DNA of 62,425 bases, filler included. It is 4 parts of 4 records of this genome, joined end to end, with 100 filler letters (N's around TTAATTAATTAA, not from the genome) between each part and the next. Parts side by side here need not be neighbours in the genome. Positions count along the whole stretch, not along the records: positions 33,535 to 56,508 come from SRR20825006_10; 3 more parts are not named here. One strand, 5' to 3'. Positions within the stretch are counted from its first letter, which is position 1, and each line of letters starts with the position of its first letter. The notes beneath the pieces are model-generated. The model made no database searches. It saw only the letters and a program-made list of their open reading frames with translations, and was not told the origin of the DNA. The translations under genes and the position numbers were made by a program. Positions 36,318 through 47,002 of the stretch are shown one piece after another.

Positions 36318-39300
36318 ATGAATAGTTCTGTTCGTTTACTTTTTTTTATCGTTATAGCTTTTTTCAACCTAAGTGTTTTAATCTCACAAAACCGTGATAA
36401 TTATAGTCTTTTATGGGAAATTAAACATAAAGACAGTGCTAAAAAATCATACCTTTTTGGCACCTTACACGTAAAAGATAATCGTGCTTTTAAGTTTAGT
36501 GATTCGGTAATTCCAGCAATAGAAAACTCTGAAATTTTTGCTTTGGAAATCAACCCTGATTCAATTAATGATGATTTTGATAAAAATTTATATCTAAAAT
36601 CCCCAAAAAATATTTTCAAAAAAGTTTTATCCAAGGAGGATTACCAACGATTAAAAGATCGTTTTTTTGAAATAAACAATATAGATTTAGATAGTTTTCC
36701 AATCATGCACCCAAAGTTGATAGAATCTATGTTAACTAAGGAAAAAGATAAACCAAATGACAGACGTACTTTTTTGGACGCTTACCTCTACGGTATTGCA
36801 CATAATAGTAAGAAAAAAATAACTGGGCTTGAAAAAATTGAGGACCAGATTCCATTAACTGAGAATTTAGAAGATAAAGATGTTAAAAAAAGTATTCTTA
36901 GTATATTAAATAATAGTAAGAAAGAGCTAGATGAGCAATTAGAAACAATTACCCAACTGTATTATGAAGGTGATATTGAAAAAATATTATTCTACATTAA
37001 TAAAAACGCACCCACAGACAAAACAATGGTAAGTCGAAACAATGTTATGGTTAATAGCATGGTTAAAATAATGCAAAACAATACAATTTTTGCTGCTGTA
37101 GGAGCAGCCCATTTACCTGGAAAAGATGGAATGCTTGAACTGTTAGAAAAAAAAGGGTATTCCGTTCATAAAGTTAAAGCAACATTTAATCAAGAAAATG
37201 AACAATACCAAATAGTTCCTAATACCGATCGTTGGTTTTTAAACAGTGATGAATCTTTGGGTTATAGTGTTTTAACTCCTACAAAACCAATTGCGTTAGA
37301 TATTGTTGAAAAGTACGAAAGCTATAGCAGCACAGACCTTATTTTCGGAGGTACTTTTGATTATTTGATAATGGATTTAAGAAAACAGAATCTAAAAGAA
37401 GGCTATGATTTTGTAGGAAATATAATTAATAGTCACCTTAAAGATTCAACAGATAGCGTACTAAGTAAAAAAACATTTCAAAAAGATAGTATACAGTTTA
37501 CAGAGGCTGTTATTCAAAAAACAAACGGTGTAGCGCGGATGCAGCTTGCTTTTAATAATAAAATTGTATACGTTTTTTTCTCTGAAAGTACTTTAGATGA
37601 AATCACTTCTCCGTATGCAGATTCCTTTTTTAATTCTATAAAAGTATTTGAGCCAAAGGTTAAACCTTCCATTTGGAGAACCAAAATAGATTCTGTAGGC
37701 GCCTATAGCGTTCAGATACCAAAACCAGAAACTGATCGCACTCAAGTAAAGGAAAATCCCTATGATGAAGAAAAATCGTCCTACATACTAAACATGTTTA
37801 CAACTGAAGATGAAGCCAATAAAACCGTTTATATTTTAAGATACAACGACCAACCTTTAGGATATTACTTAAAACAGCAAAACGATTACTATGTAGAATT
37901 TGACAATTATTTTTCAGAAAGAGGACATTCCTTAAGCGAATCAAAAAGTATAACTCTAGGTACTGCAGAAGGTGAGGAATATGAAATTTTATTCAGTGGT
38001 AAGTTCCATACAAAAGCGAAATTATTTTTACGTGGAAATAGAACGTATTTATTGATGGCTCAAAAAACCGTAGAAAATGAAAAAATTTCAGACGATGATG
38101 AATTTTTAAATTCATTCAAACTACTGCCCTATGCAAAAGCAACTTTTGATACACTTGTTACCATCAATGAAAAATATTCCTTTAAAGCTCCTAGCAAGGA
38201 GGTTTTGGTTGAAGAAGAACCGTATGACGCTTCAATGGAATACAGTAGTTTAAAAAATTACAGCTCTATAGATCTTAATACTGCGGGCACATATTTGGTG
38301 CAAAGCGTTAAACTTAAACCATATTATAGAAAAAAATCACTTGAAGCCTTTTATGAAGATTATATTAAAATTTTAACTGAATATAACGATACTGTAATTA
38401 GTAATGTTTCAACTACTTTGGCTGGAAAACCTGCACGTGAAATACGAATGACAAACCCAGACACAAAGGTTAAACAACGAATGAAACTGTTGCTTGAAGA
38501 CGACACAATCACCTTACTTTTAACCTATTTGGGAGATGAAGAAATCAATGAACCGCGTGTAAATGAGTTTTTTGATTCATTTAAAATAAATAAAAACACG
38601 AATAAATTCGACCTTACTGCTTCAAAAGCAGAGTTAATTTTTAAAAACCTAAAATCTAAAGATTCTACAAAATTTAATGACGCAAATGGTGCCTTCGGGT
38701 ATTATATTTTTGACGCTTCAGAATATAGTACAATAGCAAAAAATTTAAAACATAATTTTAATAACGACACCCTTTATCACGGCCCAAAATATAATATAAT
38801 TAGTGAATTAGTTACTCTTGAAAAGCCTGAAACCCTTAAAACACTTACCGAATATTACAAAGCTAAAAAAACGAGTAACAACGCTAAACTGGCAATTCTA
38901 GAAAAGTTTTTAGAATTAAAAAATCCAGCAGCAGCAGCAACTTATTTTGATTTATTAGAAAATCACCAACCGCAACGTGTTCCAGGAAATTCATTCAATG
39001 TTTTTTATTCTTTATCAGACACCATCCCGCTATTTGTTAGCAACGATGCCTTTTTTGCAAAACTTGCAGCAACAGATAATTACCGCGATAAAATTGCTTC
39101 ATTATACAGCTACAATGTTTTGGGTGATAGTATTTATGAAAACAAAATGCCATTGCTAAGTAAGGTGCTTTTAAAAAACATGTATCCTGATGCATTGAAA
39201 TATACAGATACGATTGCTAGAAAAAATAACAGTAATATAAATTATTCACTCATTCAGAGCTATGCTAAAATTGCAAAACAATCTGATGGAAAAAATTCAG

Positions 39301-39821
39301 AAATAAATAAAACGCTTCAACTTCTTGTTCAGAATATTGAAAAAGAAGAATGGCTGTACATTCAAGTTTTAAGGGCAGCTATACATTTAAACTTAGAAAT
39401 AGATTCCAAAATTATCAACGCTGCATTGGAAGATTTGTACTCTAGATACGAATTAATGGAAAGCCTTATTGAGTCTCAAAAAACAGATTTAATTCCACAA
39501 AAATATTTAGAGTCTAAGGAATTTGCCAAACTCTCCTTATACAATACTGCCGGAGGTGAATATGATGAATACCCAACTACGTTTAACTTTATAGATGAAA
39601 TTATAGTTGACAATCTAGCGTATTATGTATTTACCTTTTCATATTATGAAGATAATGAAGAAAGCTATTTAGGTGTTGTAGAAAAAGCTGAAGTTAATCT
39701 CTCAAGTTTCAATATGGCAAATGCCTATGTAGACTGGGAACTTGTTGAAGAGGATTGGAAAGCACAAGCAACAACCATTATAAAAAATAATACAAGCGCT
39801 GAAGATTCCGTTACTGAATAA
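36318..39821 (+). CDS. Large TraB/GumN (Tiki-like) family protein with long C-terminal extension
   Basis: Signal peptide, SLLWEI, SYLFGTLH, GLEKIEDQ, RN, AAVGAAHL in the first ~290 aa; ~880 further aa. Confidence 0.88.
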   Translation: MNSSVRLLFFIVIAFFNLSVLISQNRDNYSLLWEIKHKDSAKKSYLFGTLHVKDNRAFKFSDSVIPAIENSEIFALEINPDSINDDFDKNLYLKSPKNIFKKVLSKEDYQRLKDRFFEINNIDLDSFPIMHPKLIESMLTKEKDKPNDRRTFLDAYLYGIAHNSKKKITGLEKIEDQIPLTENLEDKDVKKSILSILNNSKKELDEQLETITQLYYEGDIEKILFYINKNAPTDKTMVSRNNVMVNSMVKIMQNNTIFAAVGAAHLPGKDGMLELLEKKGYSVHKVKATFNQENEQYQIVPNTDRWFLNSDESLGYSVLTPTKPIALDIVEKYESYSSTDLIFGGTFDYLIMDLRKQNLKEGYDFVGNIINSHLKDSTDSVLSKKTFQKDSIQFTEAVIQKTNGVARMQLAFNNKIVYVFFSESTLDEITSPYADSFFNSIKVFEPKVKPSIWRTKIDSVGAYSVQIPKPETDRTQVKENPYDEEKSSYILNMFTTEDEANKTVYILRYNDQPLGYYLKQQNDYYVEFDNYFSERGHSLSESKSITLGTAEGEEYEILFSGKFHTKAKLFLRGNRTYLLMAQKTVENEKISDDDEFLNSFKLLPYAKATFDTLVTINEKYSFKAPSKEVLVEEEPYDASMEYSSLKNYSSIDLNTAGTYLVQSVKLKPYYRKKSLEAFYEDYIKILTEYNDTVISNVSTTLAGKPAREIRMTNPDTKVKQRMKLLLEDDTITLLLTYLGDEEINEPRVNEFFDSFKINKNTNKFDLTASKAELIFKNLKSKDSTKFNDANGAFGYYIFDASEYSTIAKNLKHNFNNDTLYHGPKYNIISELVTLEKPETLKTLTEYYKAKKTSNNAKLAILEKFLELKNPAAAATYFDLLENHQPQRVPGNSFNVFYSLSDTIPLFVSNDAFFAKLAATDNYRDKIASLYSYNVLGDSIYENKMPLLSKVLLKNMYPDALKYTDTIARKNNSNINYSLIQSYAKIAKQSDGKNSEINKTLQLLVQNIEKEEWLYIQVLRAAIHLNLEIDSKIINAALEDLYSRYELMESLIESQKTDLIPQKYLESKEFAKLSLYNTAGGEYDEYPTTFNFIDEIIVDNLAYYVFTFSYYEDNEESYLGVVEKAEVNLSSFNMANAYVDWELVEEDWKAQATTIIKNNTSAEDSVTE

Positions 39822-39844
39822 AATCTTTTAAAAAAGTATAGCAC

Positions 39845-39877
39845 AAAAAAAGTCCCAAATAATTGGGACTTTTTTTT
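39845..39877. terminator. Bidirectional terminator
   Basis: AAAAAAAGTCCCAA-ATAA-TTGGGACTTTTTTTT. Confidence 0.9.
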
Positions 39878-39896
39878 ATAAATAAAAAACTAGATT

Positions 39897-41300
39897 TTAA
39901 ATGTGCAATGCTCTATCTTCAGTTGCAGCTAAAGCAGCTTCTTTTACAGCTTCAGCATAGGTAGGATGCGCATGGCTCATTCTCGCAATGTCTTCAGCAC
40001 TTGCACGGAATTCCATAGCAACAACAGCCTCAGCAATTAAATCTGCAACACGTGCGCCCACCATATGAACACCTAGAACCTCATCCGTATTTTTATCTGA
40101 AAGTATTTTCACAAAACCATCTGTGTCGCCACTAGCACGGCTTCTTCCTAAAGCACGCATCGGGAATTGTCCACTTTTATATGCTACATTGGCTTCTTTA
40201 AGTTGCTCTTCGGTTTTACCAACTGAAGCAACTTCTGGCCATGTATAAACAACTCCTGGAATCAAGTTATAATCAATATGTGGTTTTTGCCCAGCAATTA
40301 TTTCAGCAACCAAACTTCCTTCTTCAGAAGCTTTATGAGCAAGCATAGCTCCACGAACTACATCACCAATAGCATAAATATTTTTAATATTTGATTGAAG
40401 CTGATCGTTTACATCGATCATACCTCTTTCAGTTATTTTTACACCAGCATTTTCAGCTTTCAAGCCATCTGTATATGCTTTTCTTCCTACAGAAACCAAA
40501 CAGTAATCACCAGTTAAGGTTACTTCTTGATCTTTTTTATCTGTTGCAGTGATAGTAATTTCTTTTCCTTTTTTTGAAACTCCAGAAACTTTATGTGAAA
40601 GGTAAAATTTTACTCCTTGTTTTTTCAAAGCTTTTGTTAATTCCTTGCTTTGAGCAGCATCCATTGTTGGGATAATTCTGTCCATATATTCTACTACAGA
40701 AACTTCAGCTCCCAAACGACGGTATACTTGCCCAAGTTCTAAACCAATTACACCACCACCAATAACAACAAGGTGTTTTGGTACTTCTTTTAAACTTAAA
40801 GCTTCGGTTGATGTGATGATTCTATCCTTATCAAGTTTTATAAATGGAAGTGATGCAGGCTTGCTACCTGTAGCAATAATTGTGTTTTTTGCCTCGATTG
40901 TTTCTGTTTTCTTTCCGTTGGTAATTTCAATATGCGTAGCATCTTTAAAAGCCCCCATTCCGGTGAAAGCATCTATTTTATTTTTGTCCATCAAGAACGC
41001 AATCCCTTTTGTAGTCTGATCTACAACGGAAGCTTTACGCTCAATCATTTTTTTGAAATTTAGCTTCACATCACCTGGAATTTCAATTCCATGGTCTTCA
41101 AAATGTTTTAGTGCATCTTCATAATGATGAGAAGAATCTAACAATGCTTTGCTAGGAATACAACCAACGTTTAGACAAGTACCGCCCAAAACATCATATT
41201 TTTCAATAATTGCAGTTTTCATTCCTAATTGTGCGCAACGTATTGCGGCTACATAGCCACCTGGCCCAGAACCTATTACTGCTACATCATAAGTGCTCAT
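39897..41300 (-). CDS. lpdA: Dihydrolipoamide dehydrogenase
   Basis: GSGPGG, GGTCLNVGCIPSK, GGGVIGLE, HAHPT. Confidence 0.97.
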   Translation of the reverse strand: MSTYDVAVIGSGPGGYVAAIRCAQLGMKTAIIEKYDVLGGTCLNVGCIPSKALLDSSHHYEDALKHFEDHGIEIPGDVKLNFKKMIERKASVVDQTTKGIAFLMDKNKIDAFTGMGAFKDATHIEITNGKKTETIEAKNTIIATGSKPASLPFIKLDKDRIITSTEALSLKEVPKHLVVIGGGVIGLELGQVYRRLGAEVSVVEYMDRIIPTMDAAQSKELTKALKKQGVKFYLSHKVSGVSKKGKEITITATDKKDQEVTLTGDYCLVSVGRKAYTDGLKAENAGVKITERGMIDVNDQLQSNIKNIYAIGDVVRGAMLAHKASEEGSLVAEIIAGQKPHIDYNLIPGVVYTWPEVASVGKTEEQLKEANVAYKSGQFPMRALGRSRASGDTDGFVKILSDKNTDEVLGVHMVGARVADLIAEAVVAMEFRASAEDIARMSHAHPTYAEAVKEAALAATEDRALHI

Positions 41301-41476
41301 AAAGTATTTCTTTTAAAATGAAGTGCAAATTTAACTGTTAAAGCTTAGATAGTAAAAGTTATAATCAATAAAGTTTTATCCAATTTAAAAACAAGTCTTT
41401 CAAAAGGAAGTTGTTTATAATTTGACCACTCTTTTAAATTTTTGCAAATTTGCCAAACAACAAGAAAACTATAATT

Positions 41477-42679
41477 ATGGCATTTAAACCAGCTAATAAA
41501 ATTCAGGATTTACAATATTTTGGAGAATTTGGAGGCGTTAACCCTTCAATTTCAGACTCTTCTACCTACACTTTCCTATCAGCAAAAACAATGTTCGATA
41601 CTTTTGAAGGGAATGCAGATGGATGTTATCTTTATTCACGCCACTCTACACCTTCAAATCTATACTTAGGGCAAGCGCTTGCAGCCATGGAAGGAACTGA
41701 AACGGCAAATGTTGCAGCTAGCGGCATGGGGGCAATAACACCCGCTATTTTACAATTATGCAAAGCTGGAGACCATGTAGTTTCAAGTAGGACGATTTAT
41801 GGAGGAACTTATGCTTTTCTTAAAAACTTTGCTCCAAAACTGAATATTGAAACTTCATTTGTAGATATTACCAAGCTCGAAGAAGTTGAAAAATCAATAA
41901 CAGAAAACACTAAAATAATATATTGTGAAACCGTTAGTAATCCACTTTTAGAAATTGCAGACATTGAAGCACTTTCAAAAATTGCTAAAAAACACAATCT
42001 TCAATTATTAGTAGATAATACATTTTCACCATTAAGTCTTTCTCCTGCAGCGTTAGGCGCCGATGTTGTTTTACACAGTTTAACTAAATTTATTAATGGT
42101 AGTAGTGATACCATGGGCGGTGTAACTTGTGGTTCACAAGAATTTATTGACGCACTTCGCAACGTAAACGATGGGGCAAATATGCTTCTTGGACCAGCAA
42201 TGGATAGCTTGCGAGCGTCTTCAATTTTAAAAAATTTAAGAACACTTCACATTCGTATTAAGCAACATAGTGAAAATGCGTTATATCTAGCTGAAAAGTT
42301 TGAAGCAGAAGGTTTAAAAACAGTGTACCCAGGTTTAAAATCACATTCAGGTCATGAACTTTTCAAAAAAATGATGAATAAAGAATATGGTTTCGGCGGT
42401 ATGCTGACCTTAGATGTTGGTGGTATTGATAAAGCAAATGAATTGATGGAACTTATGCAAGAAAAAAACTTAGGGTATTTAGCTGTAAGTCTTGGTTTTT
42501 ATAAAACACTTTTTAGTGCACCTGGTTCATCCACTTCTTCAGAAATTCCCGAAGATGAACAAAAAGAAATGGGACTTAGCGATGGTTTAATCCGTTTTTC
42601 TATTGGTCTGGATAACGATATAGAGCGCACCTATAAAATGATGCGAGAATGTATGGTTGAAGTTGGAGTGCTTAAATAA
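41477..42679 (+). CDS. Cys/Met metabolism PLP-dependent lyase (methionine gamma-lyase / cystathionine gamma-synthase family)
   Basis: YSR, SGMGA, YGGT, DNTF, HSLTKF (PLP Lys), AVSLG, IRFSIGL; start at ATG 41477. Confidence 0.9.
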   Translation: MAFKPANKIQDLQYFGEFGGVNPSISDSSTYTFLSAKTMFDTFEGNADGCYLYSRHSTPSNLYLGQALAAMEGTETANVAASGMGAITPAILQLCKAGDHVVSSRTIYGGTYAFLKNFAPKLNIETSFVDITKLEEVEKSITENTKIIYCETVSNPLLEIADIEALSKIAKKHNLQLLVDNTFSPLSLSPAALGADVVLHSLTKFINGSSDTMGGVTCGSQEFIDALRNVNDGANMLLGPAMDSLRASSILKNLRTLHIRIKQHSENALYLAEKFEAEGLKTVYPGLKSHSGHELFKKMMNKEYGFGGMLTLDVGGIDKANELMELMQEKNLGYLAVSLGFYKTLFSAPGSSTSSEIPEDEQKEMGLSDGLIRFSIGLDNDIERTYKMMRECMVEVGVLK

Positions 42680-42697
42680 CAACTAAATACTTTATAT

Positions 42698-42734
42698 AAA
42701 AAAACTCCTGATTTAGTTAATCAGGAGTTTTTTT
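42698..42734. terminator. Bidirectional terminator
   Basis: AAAAAAACTCCTGATT-TAGTT-AATCAGGAGTTTTTTT. Confidence 0.9.
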
Positions 42735-42751
42735 ATTGATAGTAGTGTGTG

Positions 42752-43918
42752 TTAAAATTCAATAATACTTACATAAAAGCTTGAACTATCTCCTTCAAAT
42801 TTTGAACCTGTATTTAAAAAACTAATTCTAACTTTTGAAGTAGAAATTAATCTAGCAAATGCTATGATTACATCATCATTAAAATCATTTGAAGCTGTAA
42901 CAAAAACAGTTGCATTTGTAGAACTTGGTCTTGCATCAGACGGAATATCTACTGTTTTTACTACATTCTTATTTGCAGGCAATGCATCCACATAGAGTCC
43001 ATTAATTTTAAAGCTTGAAATTCCTTTTTGAAGATTTCCTTTTTCTCCTAATTTAAACTGGCCATTTACATCCAATTTGGCGTTCGTATTAGGTGTACTT
43101 GTTCCAATACCTACATTAGCTTTTTTGATATTTCCAATAACTACCGCATTGTTTTGAGAAGCTATCGCACCTTCACCAATTGCAGTAGAATTCTCTCCAG
43201 TCGCTTCACTAGCTGTTCCTATTGCTAATGCATTATTGTTTTGGGAAGCTTTTGCGTTTACACCAATTGCAGTAGCCTGATAACTAGAAGCTATTGAAGA
43301 GTTCCCTATAGCTAAAGTACTATTTCTAGTTATTGCTTGTGCATTATAACCAAATGCTGCTGATTGAAAACCAGAAGCTATGGCGGTTGGACCAATAGCA
43401 GTTGCTTGATTGCTCACTGCTGCATTTGCATTTCTACCTATTGCAATTGAATTTTCATTATTGGCAATCGCACCATAACCGATAGCAAATCCTCCATGTG
43501 GATCAAACAAAGCTAACTGTGAATTATTTACTTTTAATTTAAGTGCTGTGTAATTAGTAGTTCCTAAAAATTCGTCTCCGCTAATTTTATTTCCGCTTAA
43601 AGACCAATCATCACCACTACTTCCTGAACCGGAATCACTAGTAAATGGATTCCAATTTGTGCCATTCCAGTAATAAAATCCTGGTACAAGATCTCTATTA
43701 AAAGAAGTATTATAAACAACCAAACTAACAGCTGGTTTTGAAACAGTATTATTATCACTAGTACTAAGAAGTGATACTCGGGGAAAAAGGATACCTTTAT
43801 TTGAAGAAGAAACATCTAAAACACTAGATGGATCTGGTGAAGTTGTGTTGATACCAACTTGTGAAAAACTTAAAATAGAGGTCAATAAAAAGAATAGAAG
43901 AAAATGAGGTTTATACAT
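42752..43918 (-). CDS. Secreted protein with YadA/Hep-Hag head repeats and a flavobacterial QVGINT...PRV N-terminal domain
   Basis: About eight 14-15-aa repeats of (S/A)-x-AIG-x-x-A-x-A; two VGIGT-x-x-P...LDV modules. Confidence 0.8.
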   Translation of the reverse strand: MYKPHFLLFFLLTSILSFSQVGINTTSPDPSSVLDVSSSNKGILFPRVSLLSTSDNNTVSKPAVSLVVYNTSFNRDLVPGFYYWNGTNWNPFTSDSGSGSSGDDWSLSGNKISGDEFLGTTNYTALKLKVNNSQLALFDPHGGFAIGYGAIANNENSIAIGRNANAAVSNQATAIGPTAIASGFQSAAFGYNAQAITRNSTLAIGNSSIASSYQATAIGVNAKASQNNNALAIGTASEATGENSTAIGEGAIASQNNAVVIGNIKKANVGIGTSTPNTNAKLDVNGQFKLGEKGNLQKGISSFKINGLYVDALPANKNVVKTVDIPSDARPSSTNATVFVTASNDFNDDVIIAFARLISTSKVRISFLNTGSKFEGDSSSFYVSIIEF

Positions 43919-44167
43919 TGATTATTTTTTTTGGGGGCGCAAAAGTAAATCACTTTTTAAATATAAACCACTCAAATTTAATTTATTTGCACAGCAAACT
44001 CTTAAAAATATGTCAAAAATCTCATTTAGTGCTTTTTTACATTTTTTTTAATAGGATAATTCTTACATAATTAAATTCTGAAGCATTTTTAAAATAGTTA
44101 GCTCAGAATTATAATTTGCATAACTTTTTACAAAATCGTAACATTACATATATAAAACTACTACCCA

Positions 44168-45646
44168 ATGCAAGAAAACAACAACCTATCTAATATAGAA
44201 ATTGAAAAACAACACATTATAGACAATAAAGAACTTTCAATATGGGAGGCCTTAATTCCTGTAATTGTTTTGATCGGTCTTTTAGCATATAATATTTTTG
44301 GTGCCGATGGGGAGTGGTTTGGAGAATATTCTAATCAATTAATTCTTTTACTTGGAGGTGTCGTTGCGGCTATTATAGGTTTTACCAACAAAGTTTCTAT
44401 CGGTGTAATGGTTAATGAAGTGGTTGAAAACTGGAAAAGTGTTTTCGTTCCTATACTCATTTTACTATTAGTTGGTGCACTTGCAGGCTCTTGGTTAATA
44501 AGCGGTATTATACCTGCAATGGTTTATTACGGACTTGAAGTTTTAAGTCCTTCAATATTTTTACCAGCATCTATTATCATAGCTTCAATCATTTCAATAG
44601 CAACAGGAAGCTCATGGACAACTTCTGCAACCGTTGGTATCGCGCTTATAGGCATAGGTACTAGCGCATTAGGCATTCCTGCAGGGATGGTTGCTGGGGC
44701 AGTTATTTCTGGTGCATATTTTGGTGATAAAATGTCGCCATTAAGTGATACTACCAATCTTGCTCCAGCAATGGCAGGTACAGATTTATTTACTCATATT
44801 CGGTATATGGCGTACACGACTGTGCCTACCTATATAATTACCATAATAGTGTTTAGCATTATTAGCTCTACAATTACTACAACAGGCTCTGCAGATGTTA
44901 GTTCTTTTTTGTTAACTATAGATAAAACATTTACTATAACTCCATGGTTATTTATTGTACCATTAATTGTAATAGCTTTAATTCTCCTTAAAACGAAGCC
45001 TTATTTTGCTTTATTAGCTGGCGTTATTGCTGCAATTGTTTGTGCTTTTATATTTCAACCTAATATTTTGGCCGCAGTTGGGAGTACAAGTTTTGATTCA
45101 ATTACTAACGCTATTTTTACAGATGTAGCAATTATTACAGAAGATGAAAAACTAAACGATTTATTCAGCTCTAGTGGAATGATTGGAATGCTCTGGACTA
45201 TATTACTTATAATCTGTGCAATGGTATTTGGTGGAATTATGGACGCTATTGGTGCGCTATCTAGAATTACAAAAGAACTTTTAAAAATTGCCTCGAGTAT
45301 CTTCGGACTTTTTGCCAGTACAGTAATTAGCTGTATTGGGTTAAATGTTGTAGCTTCAGATCAATATTTGGCGATTGTTATTCCTGGAAAAATGTTCAAA
45401 AAAGCATACGAAGACAAAGGTTTAGCTCCCGAAAATCTATCCAGAACCCTTGAAGACTCAGGTACTGTAACTTCTGTTTTAATCCCCTGGAATACTTGTG
45501 GAGCCTACCAAAGCAGTGTTCTTGGCGTAGGTGTTGGCGAATATTTTATGTATGCAATTTTTAACTGGCTAAGTCCATTTATGACGCTCTTCTTTGCAGC
45601 CTTCAGAATAAAAATAAAACAACTTGCTTCAGCGAAAAATTCATAA
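44168..45646 (+). CDS. nhaC: NhaC family Na+/H+ antiporter (amino-acid/organic-acid transporter clade possible)
   Basis: TGSSWTT, GAYFGDKMSPLSDTTNLA, SRTLEDSGT, LIPWN. Confidence 0.92.
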   Translation: MQENNNLSNIEIEKQHIIDNKELSIWEALIPVIVLIGLLAYNIFGADGEWFGEYSNQLILLLGGVVAAIIGFTNKVSIGVMVNEVVENWKSVFVPILILLLVGALAGSWLISGIIPAMVYYGLEVLSPSIFLPASIIIASIISIATGSSWTTSATVGIALIGIGTSALGIPAGMVAGAVISGAYFGDKMSPLSDTTNLAPAMAGTDLFTHIRYMAYTTVPTYIITIIVFSIISSTITTTGSADVSSFLLTIDKTFTITPWLFIVPLIVIALILLKTKPYFALLAGVIAAIVCAFIFQPNILAAVGSTSFDSITNAIFTDVAIITEDEKLNDLFSSSGMIGMLWTILLIICAMVFGGIMDAIGALSRITKELLKIASSIFGLFASTVISCIGLNVVASDQYLAIVIPGKMFKKAYEDKGLAPENLSRTLEDSGTVTSVLIPWNTCGAYQSSVLGVGVGEYFMYAIFNWLSPFMTLFFAAFRIKIKQLASAKNS

Positions 45647-45686
45647 AAACATTCATAACTTTTATTTATTCTTAAAAATTTAAACT

Positions 45687-45721
45687 ATTGTAATTACCTA
45701 TCGGTAGATAGATAAATCTAT
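45687..45721 (+). promoter_or_regulatory. Putative OxyR-type (LysR) operator upstream of the peroxiredoxin operon
   Basis: ATTG-N7-CTAT-N6-ATAG-N6-CTAT, close to the ATAG-N7-CTAT-N7-ATAG-N7-CTAT OxyR consensus; upstream of TACCTTTG. Confidence 0.5.
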
Positions 45722-45800
45722 TTGATTTTTTTATTATTTCCCATAGGACTTTTTACCTTTGCAGTAGAAAAATTTTTAACACAAAAAACAAAATAAAGCT

Positions 45801-46436
45801 ATGTCATTAGTAGGAAAAAAATTCCCAAGTATTTCAGTAGATGCAATGAATGAAATGGGCGATACTTTTAAACTAAATGTGCTTGAAGAAGCAAAAAAGA
45901 ACAACAAGAAAATATTACTTTTCTGGTACCCAAAAGATTTTACTTTTGTTTGCCCAACTGAAATTCACTCATTTCAAGAAGCACTTTCAAAATTTGAAGA
46001 CAGAAACACTATGGTTATTGGTGCATCTTGCGATACGCCTGAGGTTCACTTTGCGTGGTTAAACACTCCAAAAAACAATGGTGGAATTGAAGGTGTTACC
46101 TACCCACTGCTTGCAGATACTAACCGCAACCTTTCAAATGCACTTGGCATTCTAGATATTACAGGTGAAAGTTATGATGAAAATGGTGATCACTATTTAC
46201 TAGAAGGAAGCAATGTAACGTACCGCGCAACGTATTTGATTGACGAAGAAGGAAAAATTTTCCATGAAAGTGTAAACGACATGCCATTAGGTAGAAATGT
46301 AAACGAATTTCTTAGACTAATTGACGCTTATACGCACGTTCAAGAAAAAGGTGAAGTTTGTCCAGCAAACTGGGAAGAAGGCAAAGAGGCAATGCTTGCA
46401 ACTCGTGAAGCTGTAGCAACATATTTAAGAAATTAA
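45801..46436 (+). CDS. ahpC: Typical 2-Cys peroxiredoxin (AhpC/Prx1)
   Basis: YPKDFTFVCPTE, GRN, GEVCPANW. Confidence 0.93.
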   Translation: MSLVGKKFPSISVDAMNEMGDTFKLNVLEEAKKNNKKILLFWYPKDFTFVCPTEIHSFQEALSKFEDRNTMVIGASCDTPEVHFAWLNTPKNNGGIEGVTYPLLADTNRNLSNALGILDITGESYDENGDHYLLEGSNVTYRATYLIDEEGKIFHESVNDMPLGRNVNEFLRLIDAYTHVQEKGEVCPANWEEGKEAMLATREAVATYLRN

Positions 46437-46437
46437 T

Positions 46438-46752
46438 ATGGTACTTGAACTGACAGACGATAGTTTGCAGCAACTAATTGCTGAAGAAAAAAACGTTATT
46501 GTTCAATATTCAGCTGGGTGGTGTGGCAATTGTAGGTTGATGAAGCCAAAATTTAAAAAATTAGCTTCAGAAACAGAAAATTTCAAATTCATTTTGGTTG
46601 ATGCTGAAAAATTTCCTGAAAGTAGAAAAATGGCAAATGTTGATAATCTGCCTACTTTCGCTACCTTCAAAAATGGAACTTTGGTAAACCAAATTCAAAC
46701 AAATAAATTTGAACTTTTAAAAGACCTTGTAAATGAAGTTGCCAGTAATTAG
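46438..46752 (+). CDS. Thioredoxin family protein (WCGNC)
   Basis: WCGNCR active site, NLPTF cis-Pro loop. Confidence 0.9.
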   Translation: MVLELTDDSLQQLIAEEKNVIVQYSAGWCGNCRLMKPKFKKLASETENFKFILVDAEKFPESRKMANVDNLPTFATFKNGTLVNQIQTNKFELLKDLVNEVASN

Positions 46753-46981
46753 ACATATTCAGCGGAATAATTCGTTAACGCAAATGGAAAATTGCGTAGA
46801 AGTTTTAGAATCTTACTGCGAATACAGTCGAATAACAGACGAAGAAATGGATATCATTGGCGAACTTATTACAAATCTTTGCGGAGCAATGGAAGTAAAC
46901 CAAATGATTGAAAACGGAATGCCTGAGCGTGATGCAGCAAATACATTTGCTCAAAAAGTTTTAGGCGCAATAGACCGGTAA
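46733..46981 (+). CDS. DUF6952-like small protein
   Basis: MKLPVI...EE-D-IGELI-N--GA-EV...A-N-F--KVLG-ID; overlaps trx by 20 nt. Confidence 0.75.
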   Translation: MKLPVIRHIQRNNSLTQMENCVEVLESYCEYSRITDEEMDIIGELITNLCGAMEVNQMIENGMPERDAANTFAQKVLGAIDR

Positions 46982-47002
46982 ATAACTTATAATTTTTTAA
47001 TT

